A DNA stretch of 32,000 nucleotides from Pirellula staleyi DSM 6068 (GCA_000025185.1 CP001848.1:1260001-1292000); one strand, 5' to 3'. Positions 14,402 through 23,237 are shown, numbered from the stretch's first letter. Translations and numbers: made by a program. Notes: a model not told the origin generated them from the letters alone.

Positions 14402-16048
14402 ATGAGGTGCTCCTTGACTCTTTCGCGACCCAGCTCGTTGCAGCTGATTCGGACGATTCTATCCGGTCTAGCTATCGTCGCCTGCATGGCCTCCACCAGT
14501 TATAGCCAAGAGGCAACGCCTCCGGAAACGGCTCCTGCGGAAGCGACAGCTCCTGAAGCTGTTGCGGAAGAGCCAGCAGCAGCTGCGCCAGCGGCTGAGG
14601 CCCCCGCCGACGATCATAAAGCGGGGGACCATAAGGAAGGGGATCACGCCCACGATGAAGCCCACGGCGATCATCACGGCGACGATCATGGAGATCACCA
14701 CGGTGAAGCGGCTGCGATGGCGGCAGGCATGCCACTCTGGACACTCCTCCCCTTCGCGCTCCTGCTCCTCTCGATCGCTGTGTTTCCACTAGTGAACCAT
14801 CACTGGTGGGATCATAACGAGAACAAAGCCATTATCGTGGGTATCCTGGCCATTCCCGTGGCCATCTATCTCTTCGCTGTGTGGGGCGCACCGGGTGTGC
14901 ATGAATTGCAGCATAAAGGAAAAGAATATATCTCCTTTATGATCCTGCTCGGCGCTTTGTATGTCATTAGTGGTGGCATTTTGGTAAAGGGTTCGCTCGA
15001 CGGAACTCCGATCTTTAATACGCTGCTGCTGCTGCTCGGTGGTTTGATTGCCAGCTTTATTGGAACCACCGGCGCCAGCGTGCTTTTGATTCGTCCACTC
15101 CTTCGCGCTAATGCTCCCCGCGTGAAGAAAGCCCACATTGTGGTCTTCTTCATCTTTATTGTCTCCAACTGCGGTGGTCTGCTGACACCCCTGGGCGATC
15201 CACCTTTGTTCCTCGGCTACTTGTCGGGTGTCCCTTTCACCTGGACCTTCCAGCTCTGGAACGAGTGGCTTGTGGTGAACGGTCTGCTCCTGGTGGTGTT
15301 CCACATTTGGGATCAGCTCGTCTTCAACAAAGAAGAATTGCAACGTCCCGGTTCGCAGCTCGAAGAAGTGCAAAAGCACGAGCCTCTCGCGGTGCTCGGC
15401 CTGCACAACTTCATTTTCCTTGCCGTGGTGGTGGGTGTGATCTACAGCGCTGGTGCAGGGATTCTCAACGGTGGCAAGCCTTGGCCGTGGGGTATTCAGG
15501 AAATCCTGATGCTTGGCGCTGCACTGGTTTCCTACTTCCTGACCGCACCCAAATATCGCGAATCCAACAAGTTCACCTTCGCTCCGATCATCGAAGTTGC
15601 CGTGCTGTTTGTCGGCATCTTCATCACCATGATCCCCGCGCTACTGGTGCTCAACGCCAACGGTTCGAAGCTCGGCCTCGAGCATCCTTGGCAGTTCTTC
15701 TGGGCCACCGGTTTGCTCTCGAGCGTACTTGACAATGCTCCGACCTATTTGACCTTTGCGGCCACTGCCTGCGGTGTCGAAGGGATCAAGCTCGAAGGGG
15801 CCTATTTGGCTGAATACCTTGGCGATGGATCCAATCAGGAACGTGCGGGCATCCTTGCGGCGATCAGCTGCGGAGCGGTGTTCATGGGCGCGAATACTTA
15901 TATTGGTAACGGCCCGAACTTTATGGTGAAGGCCATCGCCGAAGAGAACGGCGTGAAGATGCCCTCGTTCTTTGGTTATATGGCCTACTCGGGTGCTGTG
16001 CTGATCCCGATCTTCATCATCATCACGCTGATGTCGTTCCGGAACTAA
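14402..16048 (+). CDS. ion-transporter superfamily permease (ArsB/NhaD/CitMHS-like, usually annotated sodium:proton antiporter) with a His-rich N-terminal extension
   Basis: 548 aa and polytopic. Motifs TGASVLLIRPLLRAN, NCGGLLTPLGDPPLFLGY, LSSVLDNAPTYLTF and GANTYIGNGPNFMVK are present. An N-terminal signal-like segment is followed by DDHKAGDHKEGDHAHDEAHGDHHGDDHGDHHGE. Confidence 0.75.
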   Translation: MRCSLTLSRPSSLQLIRTILSGLAIVACMASTSYSQEATPPETAPAEATAPEAVAEEPAAAAPAAEAPADDHKAGDHKEGDHAHDEAHGDHHGDDHGDHHGEAAAMAAGMPLWTLLPFALLLLSIAVFPLVNHHWWDHNENKAIIVGILAIPVAIYLFAVWGAPGVHELQHKGKEYISFMILLGALYVISGGILVKGSLDGTPIFNTLLLLLGGLIASFIGTTGASVLLIRPLLRANAPRVKKAHIVVFFIFIVSNCGGLLTPLGDPPLFLGYLSGVPFTWTFQLWNEWLVVNGLLLVVFHIWDQLVFNKEELQRPGSQLEEVQKHEPLAVLGLHNFIFLAVVVGVIYSAGAGILNGGKPWPWGIQEILMLGAALVSYFLTAPKYRESNKFTFAPIIEVAVLFVGIFITMIPALLVLNANGSKLGLEHPWQFFWATGLLSSVLDNAPTYLTFAATACGVEGIKLEGAYLAEYLGDGSNQERAGILAAISCGAVFMGANTYIGNGPNFMVKAIAEENGVKMPSFFGYMAYSGAVLIPIFIIITLMSFRN

Positions 16049-16106
16049 ATATTGAGATCGATCTCCAGCGAATAGCGGTCGATCATAGTCTCAACTTAAG
16101 AAACCT

Positions 16107-16148
16107 GAAGAGCCACCGTTAAAGACTTGCTGTCTTCGGTGGCTCTTC
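16107..16148. terminator. long hairpin between convergent genes, spanning the stop codon of the redoxin gene
   Basis: GAAGAGCCACCG (16107-16118) pairs with CGGTGGCTCTTC (16137-16148) in a 12-bp stem, and AAGAC/GTCTT forms an inner stem. The minus-strand version is followed by AGGUUUCUU. There is no clean U tract. Confidence 0.4.
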
Positions 16149-16757
16149 GCTTAATGCAGCCTCAATTGCAGCTCGCATATCAAGTTCTAGACCGTCGATG
16201 TATCCGGTCCAAAGCGCCTTGATCTTCCCATCCTTACCAATCAGCACGGTGGTGGGGTACCCAAAGCCTTGTAGCGACGCTGCTTTGGCCAGCGAACTTC
16301 GAAAGGCGTAATCGGGGTCGCGATAGGTGGGAAAGGTCGCCCGCTGCTCGCGCAGGAAGAGGCTGGTCGACTCTTCCATCATTCGATCATCGCCATCCCC
16401 GCCACTGCACGACACACTCACCAGACGAAAGTCGTCGCGCTTGCCAAAATGCTGCTGGAGCTCCACCAGGTGCGGGAATTCCACCACGCAGGGGCCGCAC
16501 CAGGGTCCCCAAAAGTTCACGAGCGAGACTTTCCCGGCGTAATCGGCTGGCACCAGCGGCTGATCGGTTCCGGTCAATGGCTCGAGCTGCACCACGTCGA
16601 TCGCCGTGCCGACACTCGGATGCTTCACCCCGTCGGTGAGCTCGAACATCGAGTCCCCCGACTGACTACAGCCCCACCAATAAGCTGTCCCGGCGAGTGC
16701 CGCTACCGCCAAAAGGCGTCGCGAAATTTGACCCGGGCGAGGGGATGTGGCGGGCAT
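16119..16757 (-). CDS. TlpA-family thiol:disulfide oxidoreductase (thioredoxin fold)
   Basis: VSLVNFWGPWCGPCVVEFPHL carries the WCGPC active site. The N-terminal segment LLAVAALAGTAYWWGC looks like a signal or lipoprotein anchor. Confidence 0.85.
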   Translation of the reverse strand: MPATSPRPGQISRRLLAVAALAGTAYWWGCSQSGDSMFELTDGVKHPSVGTAIDVVQLEPLTGTDQPLVPADYAGKVSLVNFWGPWCGPCVVEFPHLVELQQHFGKRDDFRLVSVSCSGGDGDDRMMEESTSLFLREQRATFPTYRDPDYAFRSSLAKAASLQGFGYPTTVLIGKDGKIKALWTGYIDGLELDMRAAIEAALSEEPPKTASL

Positions 16758-16952
16758 GTAAGCATCCTAAAGTGTGAGTTGGTAAAGTTTTACGTAGAGA
16801 ACCCCGGAGCCGACAAGCGTCTACGCCAGCGCCCAGGCGGCACTACCCGAATTTCCCTGCTGCACCATAATGCCTGAGACGGAAGTGTTTCGACACCCCG
16901 CTGGCAGTCAAGTTTTTTCGCTCCCCCGCCCCCTCTGCTCGGAGTGCTGCTG

Positions 16953-17771
16953 ATGTTTACCGCTGCGCTCCTGGCCCAGACGAGCCCGCAAGCGCTCGAA
17001 GCGCCGCTGCGGCTCGGGACGCTCTGCGCGCTTATCGTAATTCTCTATCTTGCCGAGCTTCTCGTTCCGCTCCGGCCTCCGACGGCCCAAACACCCTGGC
17101 GCATGGGACGAAATCTGCTCCTCATGCTCCTCAGCACGCTGGCCGTTCGGCTGATCGTTCCGATTTCCTTGATCGCTGCCGCCACCTGGGCTGAAACCCG
17201 CCAAATCGGCCTGTTTCACTTGGTCGCTTGGCCACAGTCGCTGGAACTGGCGCTCACCGTCGTGCTGCTCGATCTGGCGATGTACGCTCAGCATGTGGCA
17301 TCGCACTATGTGCCGATCCTGTGGCGACTTCATAGTGTCCATCACTGCGACGCCGAAATGGACTTCAGCACCGGTGTGCGGTTCCATCCGGGCGAGATCC
17401 TGTTTTCGCTCGGTGTGAAACTCGGCCTGGTGCTGCTGCTCGGCGCCTCAGCCTGGAGCGTGTTGGTGTTCGAGCTTTTGCTCAGCAGCAGTGCGCTGGC
17501 GACGCATGCCCGGATCGCACTGCCACAAAGCATCGATCGCAGCTTGCGGTGGATCATCGTCACGCCGAAGATGCACGAGATCCATCATTCGCAGGAAATC
17601 GCCGAGACGAATTCGAACTATGGTTTCTTCCTGGCGATCTGGGATCGGCTCTTTCGGACCTACATCACAACCCCCGCCGAGCCCTTGGTGATCGGACTCA
17701 AAACCACAGCTACCAAAATGCCCCACGAGAGCCTGTGGCGGCTCCTCCTTTGGCCAATTATTCGTGAATAA
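16953..17771 (+). CDS. fatty acid hydroxylase / sterol desaturase family membrane protein
   Basis: The His boxes HVASH, HSVHH and HEIHHS plus the NYGFFLAIWDRLFRTY tail are present. ATG 16953 has GGAG 8 nt upstream (alternative GTG 16944). Confidence 0.8.
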   Translation: MFTAALLAQTSPQALEAPLRLGTLCALIVILYLAELLVPLRPPTAQTPWRMGRNLLLMLLSTLAVRLIVPISLIAAATWAETRQIGLFHLVAWPQSLELALTVVLLDLAMYAQHVASHYVPILWRLHSVHHCDAEMDFSTGVRFHPGEILFSLGVKLGLVLLLGASAWSVLVFELLLSSSALATHARIALPQSIDRSLRWIIVTPKMHEIHHSQEIAETNSNYGFFLAIWDRLFRTYITTPAEPLVIGLKTTATKMPHESLWRLLLWPIIRE

Positions 17772-17854
17772 CGACTCCAGAGTTCGTAATGAATTACTGA
17801 ACTGTTGATCGCGACTGATTTACGATTTTCTGACGACTTACTGAAGACCTTTTC

Positions 17855-18544
17855 ATGAAAACGGTGGCGATTTTTTCTGGCGGACTCGACTCGACCGTCC
17901 TCGCGCACGAGCTGCTTGCCGCGGGTGACGAGGTCCTGCTGCTTTCGATCGATTACGGACAGCGTCATCGCAAAGAGCTCGTATTTGCCGAGAATTTCGC
18001 GAAAAAACAGGGGCTCGTCTGGAAGCTGGCCGACCTCAAGTCGATCGCAGGACTGCTGGGTGGGAACAGTCAAACGTCGAGTGCTGTGGCTGTTCCCCAC
18101 GGTCACTATGCCGAAGAGAATATGAAGCTCACGGTCGTTCCGAATCGGAACATGATCATGCTCGCGGTCGCGGGTGGCTGGGCGGTGAGCGAGAAGGCTG
18201 ATCGGCTCGCCTATGGAGCCCATGCGGGGGATCATACGATCTATCCCGATTGTCGTCCCGAGTTCGTCCGCGCGATGGCCGCTGCGCTCGAACTTTGCGA
18301 CTGGCATAAGCTGGCGATGTTCACGCCGTTTGTGTCGCGGAGTAAAGCCGACATCGTTCGCCGCGGCGCCGAGCTGGGGGTCGATTTTGCCGCCACTTGG
18401 AGTTGCTATGAAGGGGGCGAAATTCACTGCGGCCAGTGCGGCACCTGCTACGAGCGGCGCGAAGCGTTCGAGCGCGCGGGAGTCGCCGACCCCACTCACT
18501 ACGCTGTGCGTGCAAAGTATGCCGAGCCTCCTAACTTCTCCTAA
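17855..18544 (+). CDS. queC: 7-cyano-7-deazaguanine synthase QueC
   Basis: Motifs FSGGLDSTV (PP-loop), [15 protein letters not shown] and the Zn-binding WSCY....[10 protein letters not shown] are present. Confidence 0.92.
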   Translation: MKTVAIFSGGLDSTVLAHELLAAGDEVLLLSIDYGQRHRKELVFAENFAKKQGLVWKLADLKSIAGLLGGNSQTSSAVAVPHGHYAEENMKLTVVPNRNMIMLAVAGGWAVSEKADRLAYGAHAGDHTIYPDCRPEFVRAMAAALELCDWHKLAMFTPFVSRSKADIVRRGAELGVDFAATWSCYEGGEIHCGQCGTCYERREAFERAGVADPTHYAVRAKYAEPPNFS

Positions 18545-18561
18545 GTTTGAAATCAGCCTCC

Positions 18562-19764
18562 GTGATCTACCTCGACCACAACGCCACCACCCCGATCGCA
18601 CCTGAAGTGCTCGAAGCGATGACGCGCGCGGCGCGCGATTTCCCCGGCAATCCGGCCAGTCAGCATCAACTGGGACAGCGGGCCCGGCGACAACTCGAGC
18701 GCTGCCGCGAGGAAATTGCCGAGGCTTTTGGGGCCGACGTCACCAGCCTGCGGGGCGATCAATTGCTCTTTACCAGCGGCGGTACTGAGGCCAATAACCT
18801 GGCGCTATTGGGACTCGGTATTGCCGACCCAGCGATCTATAAGATTACCCAAGATCGGCTGCTGGTCTCGGCGATTGAACATCCCAGCATTCGAGCTGCT
18901 GCTTTGCATCTCAAAACCTTGGGGGCCGATCTACAAATTATTCCTGTCGATGAGACTTGTAAGATCAAACTCGAGCAGGTGGCAAGTTTGCTCGCCGACA
19001 AGTCTCATCTGAAGCCTCGACTGGTGAGTGTGATGCTCGCCAGTAACGAAACCGGGGCGCTGCAGCCAATGGCCGATTTAGCGTGCAAATGCCGGGAATT
19101 CGGCGTTCTGTTGCATACCGATGCGGTGCAAGCAGCGGGCAAGATTGACGTTTCTTTGAAGCAGCTGGGGGTCGATGCGCTGTCGATCACGCCACATAAG
19201 TTTTATGGTCCGCTGGGGATTGGGGCGCTCCTTGTGCGCGAGGGTGTGAAGCTCGCGCCTCAACTCTTTGGTGGGTTCCAGCAAACGAGTTTAAGACCAG
19301 GTACCGAATCGGTGATGCTGGCGGAAGGTTTCCGCGCTGCAGTGGCGCTCTATCGGCAGGAAGCGGCCGATCGACTGGAACACCTGCGTTCGCTACGCGA
19401 CCAGCTCGCGCGGCTGTTATGCGACGGCGATCAAGCAGCGGTGGTGCACTGCGCAGGAACGCCGCAGTTGCCTCAGACCTTATCGATCGCATTTCCTGGG
19501 GTCGATCGGCAGAAACTGGTGATTGCGGTGGATATGCAGGGAGTGGCGATTTCGAGCGGCAGCGCGTGTGCCAGTGGCTCGAGCGAGCCCTCGCCAACCC
19601 TGCTGGCGATGGGGCTTTCGCAGGAGCTGGTGGAGAGCACCGTGAGGCTTTCGGTCGGACGCTCGACGACCCCTGCCGAAATCAAGGAAGCGGCCCGCCG
19701 TATCCTGTTTTCTGTCAATAACTTGCGCGTGGGGCGATCAGCGGGACAATTCTCGGAAAAATAG
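18562..19764 (+). CDS. cysteine desulfurase (class V aminotransferase, NifS/IscS-like)
   Basis: Motifs (V/M)IYLDHNATTP, FTSGGTEANN, SITPHKFYGPLGIGAL (PLP lysine) and SSGSACASG (catalytic Cys loop) are present. The start is either GTG 18562 or TTG 18547. Confidence 0.88.
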   Translation: MIYLDHNATTPIAPEVLEAMTRAARDFPGNPASQHQLGQRARRQLERCREEIAEAFGADVTSLRGDQLLFTSGGTEANNLALLGLGIADPAIYKITQDRLLVSAIEHPSIRAAALHLKTLGADLQIIPVDETCKIKLEQVASLLADKSHLKPRLVSVMLASNETGALQPMADLACKCREFGVLLHTDAVQAAGKIDVSLKQLGVDALSITPHKFYGPLGIGALLVREGVKLAPQLFGGFQQTSLRPGTESVMLAEGFRAAVALYRQEAADRLEHLRSLRDQLARLLCDGDQAAVVHCAGTPQLPQTLSIAFPGVDRQKLVIAVDMQGVAISSGSACASGSSEPSPTLLAMGLSQELVESTVRLSVGRSTTPAEIKEAARRILFSVNNLRVGRSAGQFSEK

Positions 19765-19876
19765 CCCGCTTCTGCTCGCGATTTCGCCCCCGATTTGGTA
19801 CACTTTTGCCCACTGGAGAAGCCTTGCTACAAATGCGTTTTGTAGCGATCGCACGCAGTAGCGCAAGTGGCGAAAC

Positions 19877-21154
19877 TTGGCTGCGGACGACCGGCCTGGC
19901 CCCTGCTCGACGAGCCCTCGCTGGCTCGCAGCGACAGCGGCCTCTGGTGGATTGCGAGTGACTAGTCGCGTGGTGACGAGTGTTTTCACGGTTCCGCCCA
20001 CTGAGCTTCTCGGCTCACCAGCGACACGCCCCGCGTGGATCGCCGGCAGCGAGAACGCGCTCGTGCAGATTGCGGCCGAAGTGGTTCTGCAGCACGATGA
20101 TCGTCGGCGCTGGATGAACCCGCTCGTTTTTTGCGGCAGCAGCGGCGCTGGTAAAACCTCGCTCGTGCAAATCCTGGCCGATGAAAAACGTCGCCTCGCC
20201 CCCAAGTCGAATGTGCTGCACGAAGTTGCCACCGATTTCGCACGCAGCTATGCCCACGCCGTCGACACCGACTCGATCGCCGACTTCCGCGCCAAACATA
20301 CCCGCTGCGATCTGCTGGTGCTCGACGACCTGCATCGACTCGCCGGTAAAGCAGCTGCACAGCAAGAGCTGATCGCCGTCATCGATGCGATGATTCGCCG
20401 CGGCGCACTGGTGCTCCTCACCCTTAAAAACCTTCCGGCAGCAACGCGCGGTTTGCTTCCGATGCTCGCCAGCCGCATCAGTCAGGGCCTCACGCTTTCG
20501 CTCGCACTTCCGGGGGTCGAAGCCCGCGATGCTTTGCTGCGTGTGATTGCAGCGCAGCAAGGTTTGCTCCTCCCCGAGGAATTAGCCGAACAACTTGCCA
20601 TGGCGATTGCGGCCCGCCCCGCCGGTTCGCTAAGCGCCACGCAGCTGCGCCATTTCGTGATTGAACTAGCGCGCTGGTTTGCCGATCAGCCTGCCTCGCG
20701 CGCTGCCGAAGTCGATGTCGAAACTCCTCGCGCACCTCGGGGACGTCCTGCCAAACTTCCCCCGCTGGAAGCTGCGAGCAATCCGCCTGCCGCAACATCC
20801 GCCGCCGATTTCATCGCGCAGCTCCTCTCGCTTCGCACCGCCGATCTCAAAACCACACTGCGGCAAGTGACGCAGCTGGTCGCGCGGCACTATCAACTTT
20901 CGCCAGCCGATTTGCGTGGCCAATCGCGTCAGCAAAGTTTGGTGCAAGGTCGCAGCCTCGCCATGTTCATCGCGCGTTCGCTCACCGAGGCAAGCTTTGC
21001 CGATGTCGGTAAGTTTTTTGGTAATCGCGATCACACCACCGTGCTTCACGCCTGCCGCAAGATCCAATCGCAGCTCGAAAAAGATGTGACCCTCAAGTCA
21101 CTCGTCGACGAGATCTCGGTCGCTTGTCTCGCTAGTGAAACGAGGCACGCATGA
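19877..21154 (+). CDS. dnaA: chromosomal replication initiator DnaA (short N-terminus)
   Basis: Walker A is GSSGAGKTS, Walker B is LLVLDDLH, and box VII is LASRISQGLTLSL. Domain IV reads RGQSRQQSLVQGRSLAMFIARSLTEASFADVGKFFGNRDHTTVLHACRKI. An in-frame TAG at 19859-19861 caps the N-terminus. The start is TTG 19877 or an internal GTG. Confidence 0.85.
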   Translation: MAADDRPGPCSTSPRWLAATAASGGLRVTSRVVTSVFTVPPTELLGSPATRPAWIAGSENALVQIAAEVVLQHDDRRRWMNPLVFCGSSGAGKTSLVQILADEKRRLAPKSNVLHEVATDFARSYAHAVDTDSIADFRAKHTRCDLLVLDDLHRLAGKAAAQQELIAVIDAMIRRGALVLLTLKNLPAATRGLLPMLASRISQGLTLSLALPGVEARDALLRVIAAQQGLLLPEELAEQLAMAIAARPAGSLSATQLRHFVIELARWFADQPASRAAEVDVETPRAPRGRPAKLPPLEAASNPPAATSAADFIAQLLSLRTADLKTTLRQVTQLVARHYQLSPADLRGQSRQQSLVQGRSLAMFIARSLTEASFADVGKFFGNRDHTTVLHACRKIQSQLEKDVTLKSLVDEISVACLASETRHA

Positions 21155-21631
21155 GCACCGCTGCTCTGAAGAATCGATCGCGTCGAGTTTGCCTGACGCA
21201 CAGCTTCGGCCGCTCAGCCAAACTGCGCGATCTAGCAAAACCATGCACGAAACCAGCGTTTTTCGCTTCCGTGAAGCTCGAGCAACTAGCCAGCTTACAA
21301 GCTCGCGTGGATAACTCGTCGCAGAATGTCGCTAGCCTCTCGAGCTACCGACAGCTAGCGACACTCCCCTCGGCGAGCCACTTGTCGCTCTCCCCATTTC
21401 GACAGGCTAGCGCCACGCTAGCGACTCCTCGGCGACGAGTTATCAACGGCCAAAAACTCCCTTGCCAGCGATCGCAAGTCTCGAGCACTCTTCGCACTTC
21501 GCGATTGTCGCTCGCAGCTATCGACAACCACAGCCTTCGCATTCCTACTACTACTGAATTTTCTTTTACTTACTAAGACAGCAGAGAGCAAAGCAGATTT
21601 GCACTCGCGACATTGAAAAGGTTCTGCCCCG
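21155..21631. promoter_or_regulatory. dnaA-dnaN spacer; candidate oriC or part of it
   Basis: 478 bp with no convincing gene. It has cGTGGATAA at 21306-21314 (8/9 to the E. coli-type DnaA box) and TTATCAACg at 21440-21448 (7/9). GCTAGC occurs four times (21331, 21354, 21406, 21417). A stretch of roughly 60% A+T lies at 21541-21600. Confidence 0.4.
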
Positions 21632-22750
21632 ATGAAGATCGTTTGCCAGCGAGACAAGTTGGTCTCCGCATTTCAGACAGCTGCGATGTTTGCACCAGCT
21701 CGAAGCCCTAAGGCAATCTTGCAGAATGTGCGCCTGGACGTGACTAACGAAGGTTGCACGATGATGGCGACCGATATGGATATGGGGGTGCGTGTCAATT
21801 TGGAGGGGGTGGAAGTGGAGTCGACCGGAACCGCGCTCCTTCCCGTGCTTCACTTTGGGGCAATCCTCCGCGAGTCGAGCGATGCCACGCTGAAGATCGA
21901 AACCACCAGCCGGGGCACCATGGTCCGTGGCGACCGGAGCGAGTTTCGCTTGCAGAGCGAAGATCCCGAAGAGTTTCCGATTGTCGCTCTCTTCGAAGAG
22001 ACCAAGTACCACAACATTTCGGCTGCACTGCTGAAGCAAGTAATCACGCGCACCGAGTTCGCCACCGACATGGAGAGCAGCCGCTACGCCCTGGGGGGTG
22101 TGCTCATCGAACTGCACGGCGACAAGTTGATTGCCGTCGGGACCGATGGTCGCCGCCTGGCGAAGATGGAAGGCCCTGCAGAGGCTGTCAACGGTCACAC
22201 CACCGGCGACAACACCACCATCATTCGCACCCCCTCGATGCGCCTCTTTGGCCGCGCGATCAGCGAAAACGATAACACCGTGCAACTCGCCGCACGTAGT
22301 AGCGACGTTCTCCTCAAGACCGAACGAGCCACGTTCTACTCGCGGCTGGTCGAAGGACGCTTTCCACGCTGGCGCGACGTCTTCCCACGACGTCAGGATG
22401 CCATCAAGATCGATCTCACGGTCGGCCCCTTCTTCTCGGTGCTGCGGCAAGCTGCCGTGGTGACGAGCCAAGATAGCCGCGGTATCGACTTCACCTTTGC
22501 CGACGGAACTCTCACCCTCTCGGCGGTCACCAGCGACGCCGGTCAATCGCGTGTCGAGATGCCGATCAGCTACACCGGCTCGGCCATCACCGTCACGCTC
22601 GATCATCGCTTTGTGGCCGACTTCCTGAAGGTCCTTTCTCCCGAGCAAACGATTGTGCTCGAGATCGAAAGTGCCGAATCAGCAGCGGTCTTCACAGCCG
22701 ACGACAGCGCTTATGGCTATGTCGTGATGCCCCTGTCGCGTGATCGCTAG
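21632..22750 (+). CDS. dnaN: DNA polymerase III beta sliding clamp
   Basis: 372 aa. The N-terminus reads MKIVCQRDKLVSAFQTAAMFAPARSPKAILQNVRLD.....MMATDMDMGV. It has the three-domain length and sits directly after dnaA. Confidence 0.92.
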   Translation: MKIVCQRDKLVSAFQTAAMFAPARSPKAILQNVRLDVTNEGCTMMATDMDMGVRVNLEGVEVESTGTALLPVLHFGAILRESSDATLKIETTSRGTMVRGDRSEFRLQSEDPEEFPIVALFEETKYHNISAALLKQVITRTEFATDMESSRYALGGVLIELHGDKLIAVGTDGRRLAKMEGPAEAVNGHTTGDNTTIIRTPSMRLFGRAISENDNTVQLAARSSDVLLKTERATFYSRLVEGRFPRWRDVFPRRQDAIKIDLTVGPFFSVLRQAAVVTSQDSRGIDFTFADGTLTLSAVTSDAGQSRVEMPISYTGSAITVTLDHRFVADFLKVLSPEQTIVLEIESAESAAVFTADDSAYGYVVMPLSRDR

Positions 22751-22792
22751 TTTCGTAAAATTCCCCGTTTTGACCCCCAGGAAGCCGCTGCA

Positions 22793-23191
22793 TTGAGCAA
22801 TCCCCCGTCGTCGAGCGATCCTCTCGAGCACGACCCCAACGAAGGTCGCTACTTGAAAGAGGACTACGAGCGCAAACGGATTTTCGTCCGGGCTCCCAAA
22901 GCGATGGGAGATGTGATGAGCCAGCTCCTCGCTCGACGAGGCTATGCCCGCATGATCACCGCCACTAGCGAACAAGAGGCATGGGAATTGGTGGCTGGCG
23001 AAAAAATGGCAACTGTCACCAAACTCGGGTCCTGCCGTCGTGGCGTCCTCGAAATTGTGGTGGCCAGCAGCATGGTGCTCCAGGAACTCACGTTCCTCAA
23101 AGCAGACTTATTATCGCGACTGCAACAGGCACTCCCCGATGCCAAAATTCGCGATCTGAAATTCAAAGTCGGCAAGATTGTCCATGGATAG
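22793..23191 (+). CDS. DUF721 domain protein (DciA-like helicase operator candidate)
   Basis: The pattern MSQLLARRGYARM......WELVAGEKMATVTKLGSCRRGVLEIVVASSMVLQELTFLKADLLSRL matches DUF721. The start is TTG 22793 with AGGAAG 9 nt upstream. It occupies the slot between dnaN and gyrB. Confidence 0.65.
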   Translation: MSNPPSSSDPLEHDPNEGRYLKEDYERKRIFVRAPKAMGDVMSQLLARRGYARMITATSEQEAWELVAGEKMATVTKLGSCRRGVLEIVVASSMVLQELTFLKADLLSRLQQALPDAKIRDLKFKVGKIVHG

Positions 23192-23225
23192 GCCAACGCT
23201 TCGAGCGTGACGATCCAGACAATCA

Positions 23226-23237
23226 TTATCCAGATAA
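23226..23237. promoter_or_regulatory. palindromic DnaA-box-like site in the AT-rich gyrB upstream region
   Basis: In TTATCCAGATAA, the first 9 nt match TTATCCACA at 8/9, and the sequence is its own near inverse. The surrounding 23221-23270 is clearly AT-rich compared with the rest of the window. Confidence 0.25.

Noticed and set aside
17772-17854. preQ1 riboswitch upstream of queC
   Set aside because: A hairpin exists (AGTTCGTAA-TGAA-TTACTGAACT). However, the preQ1-I hallmark A-rich tail (AAAAAACTA-like) and the conserved loop nucleotides are absent. I could not match preQ1-II or preQ1-III features either.
19826-19846. Hairpin GCTACAAA-TGCGT-TTTGTAGC between the cysteine desulfurase gene and dnaA, considered as a terminator
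   Set aside because: The stem is AT-rich and only 8 bp, with no following U tract. It lies about 30 nt from the putative dnaA start. The evidence for a function is insufficient.
21151-21576. 141-aa ORF filling the dnaA-dnaN spacer, with its ATG overlapping the dnaA stop (ATGA)
   Set aside because: The product is S/L/A/R-rich and low in complexity, with no recognisable motif. It uses codons that are rare in neighbouring genes (CTA, TTA, CGA, CAA) and lacks their GC3 bias. The region is better explained as origin or regulatory DNA.
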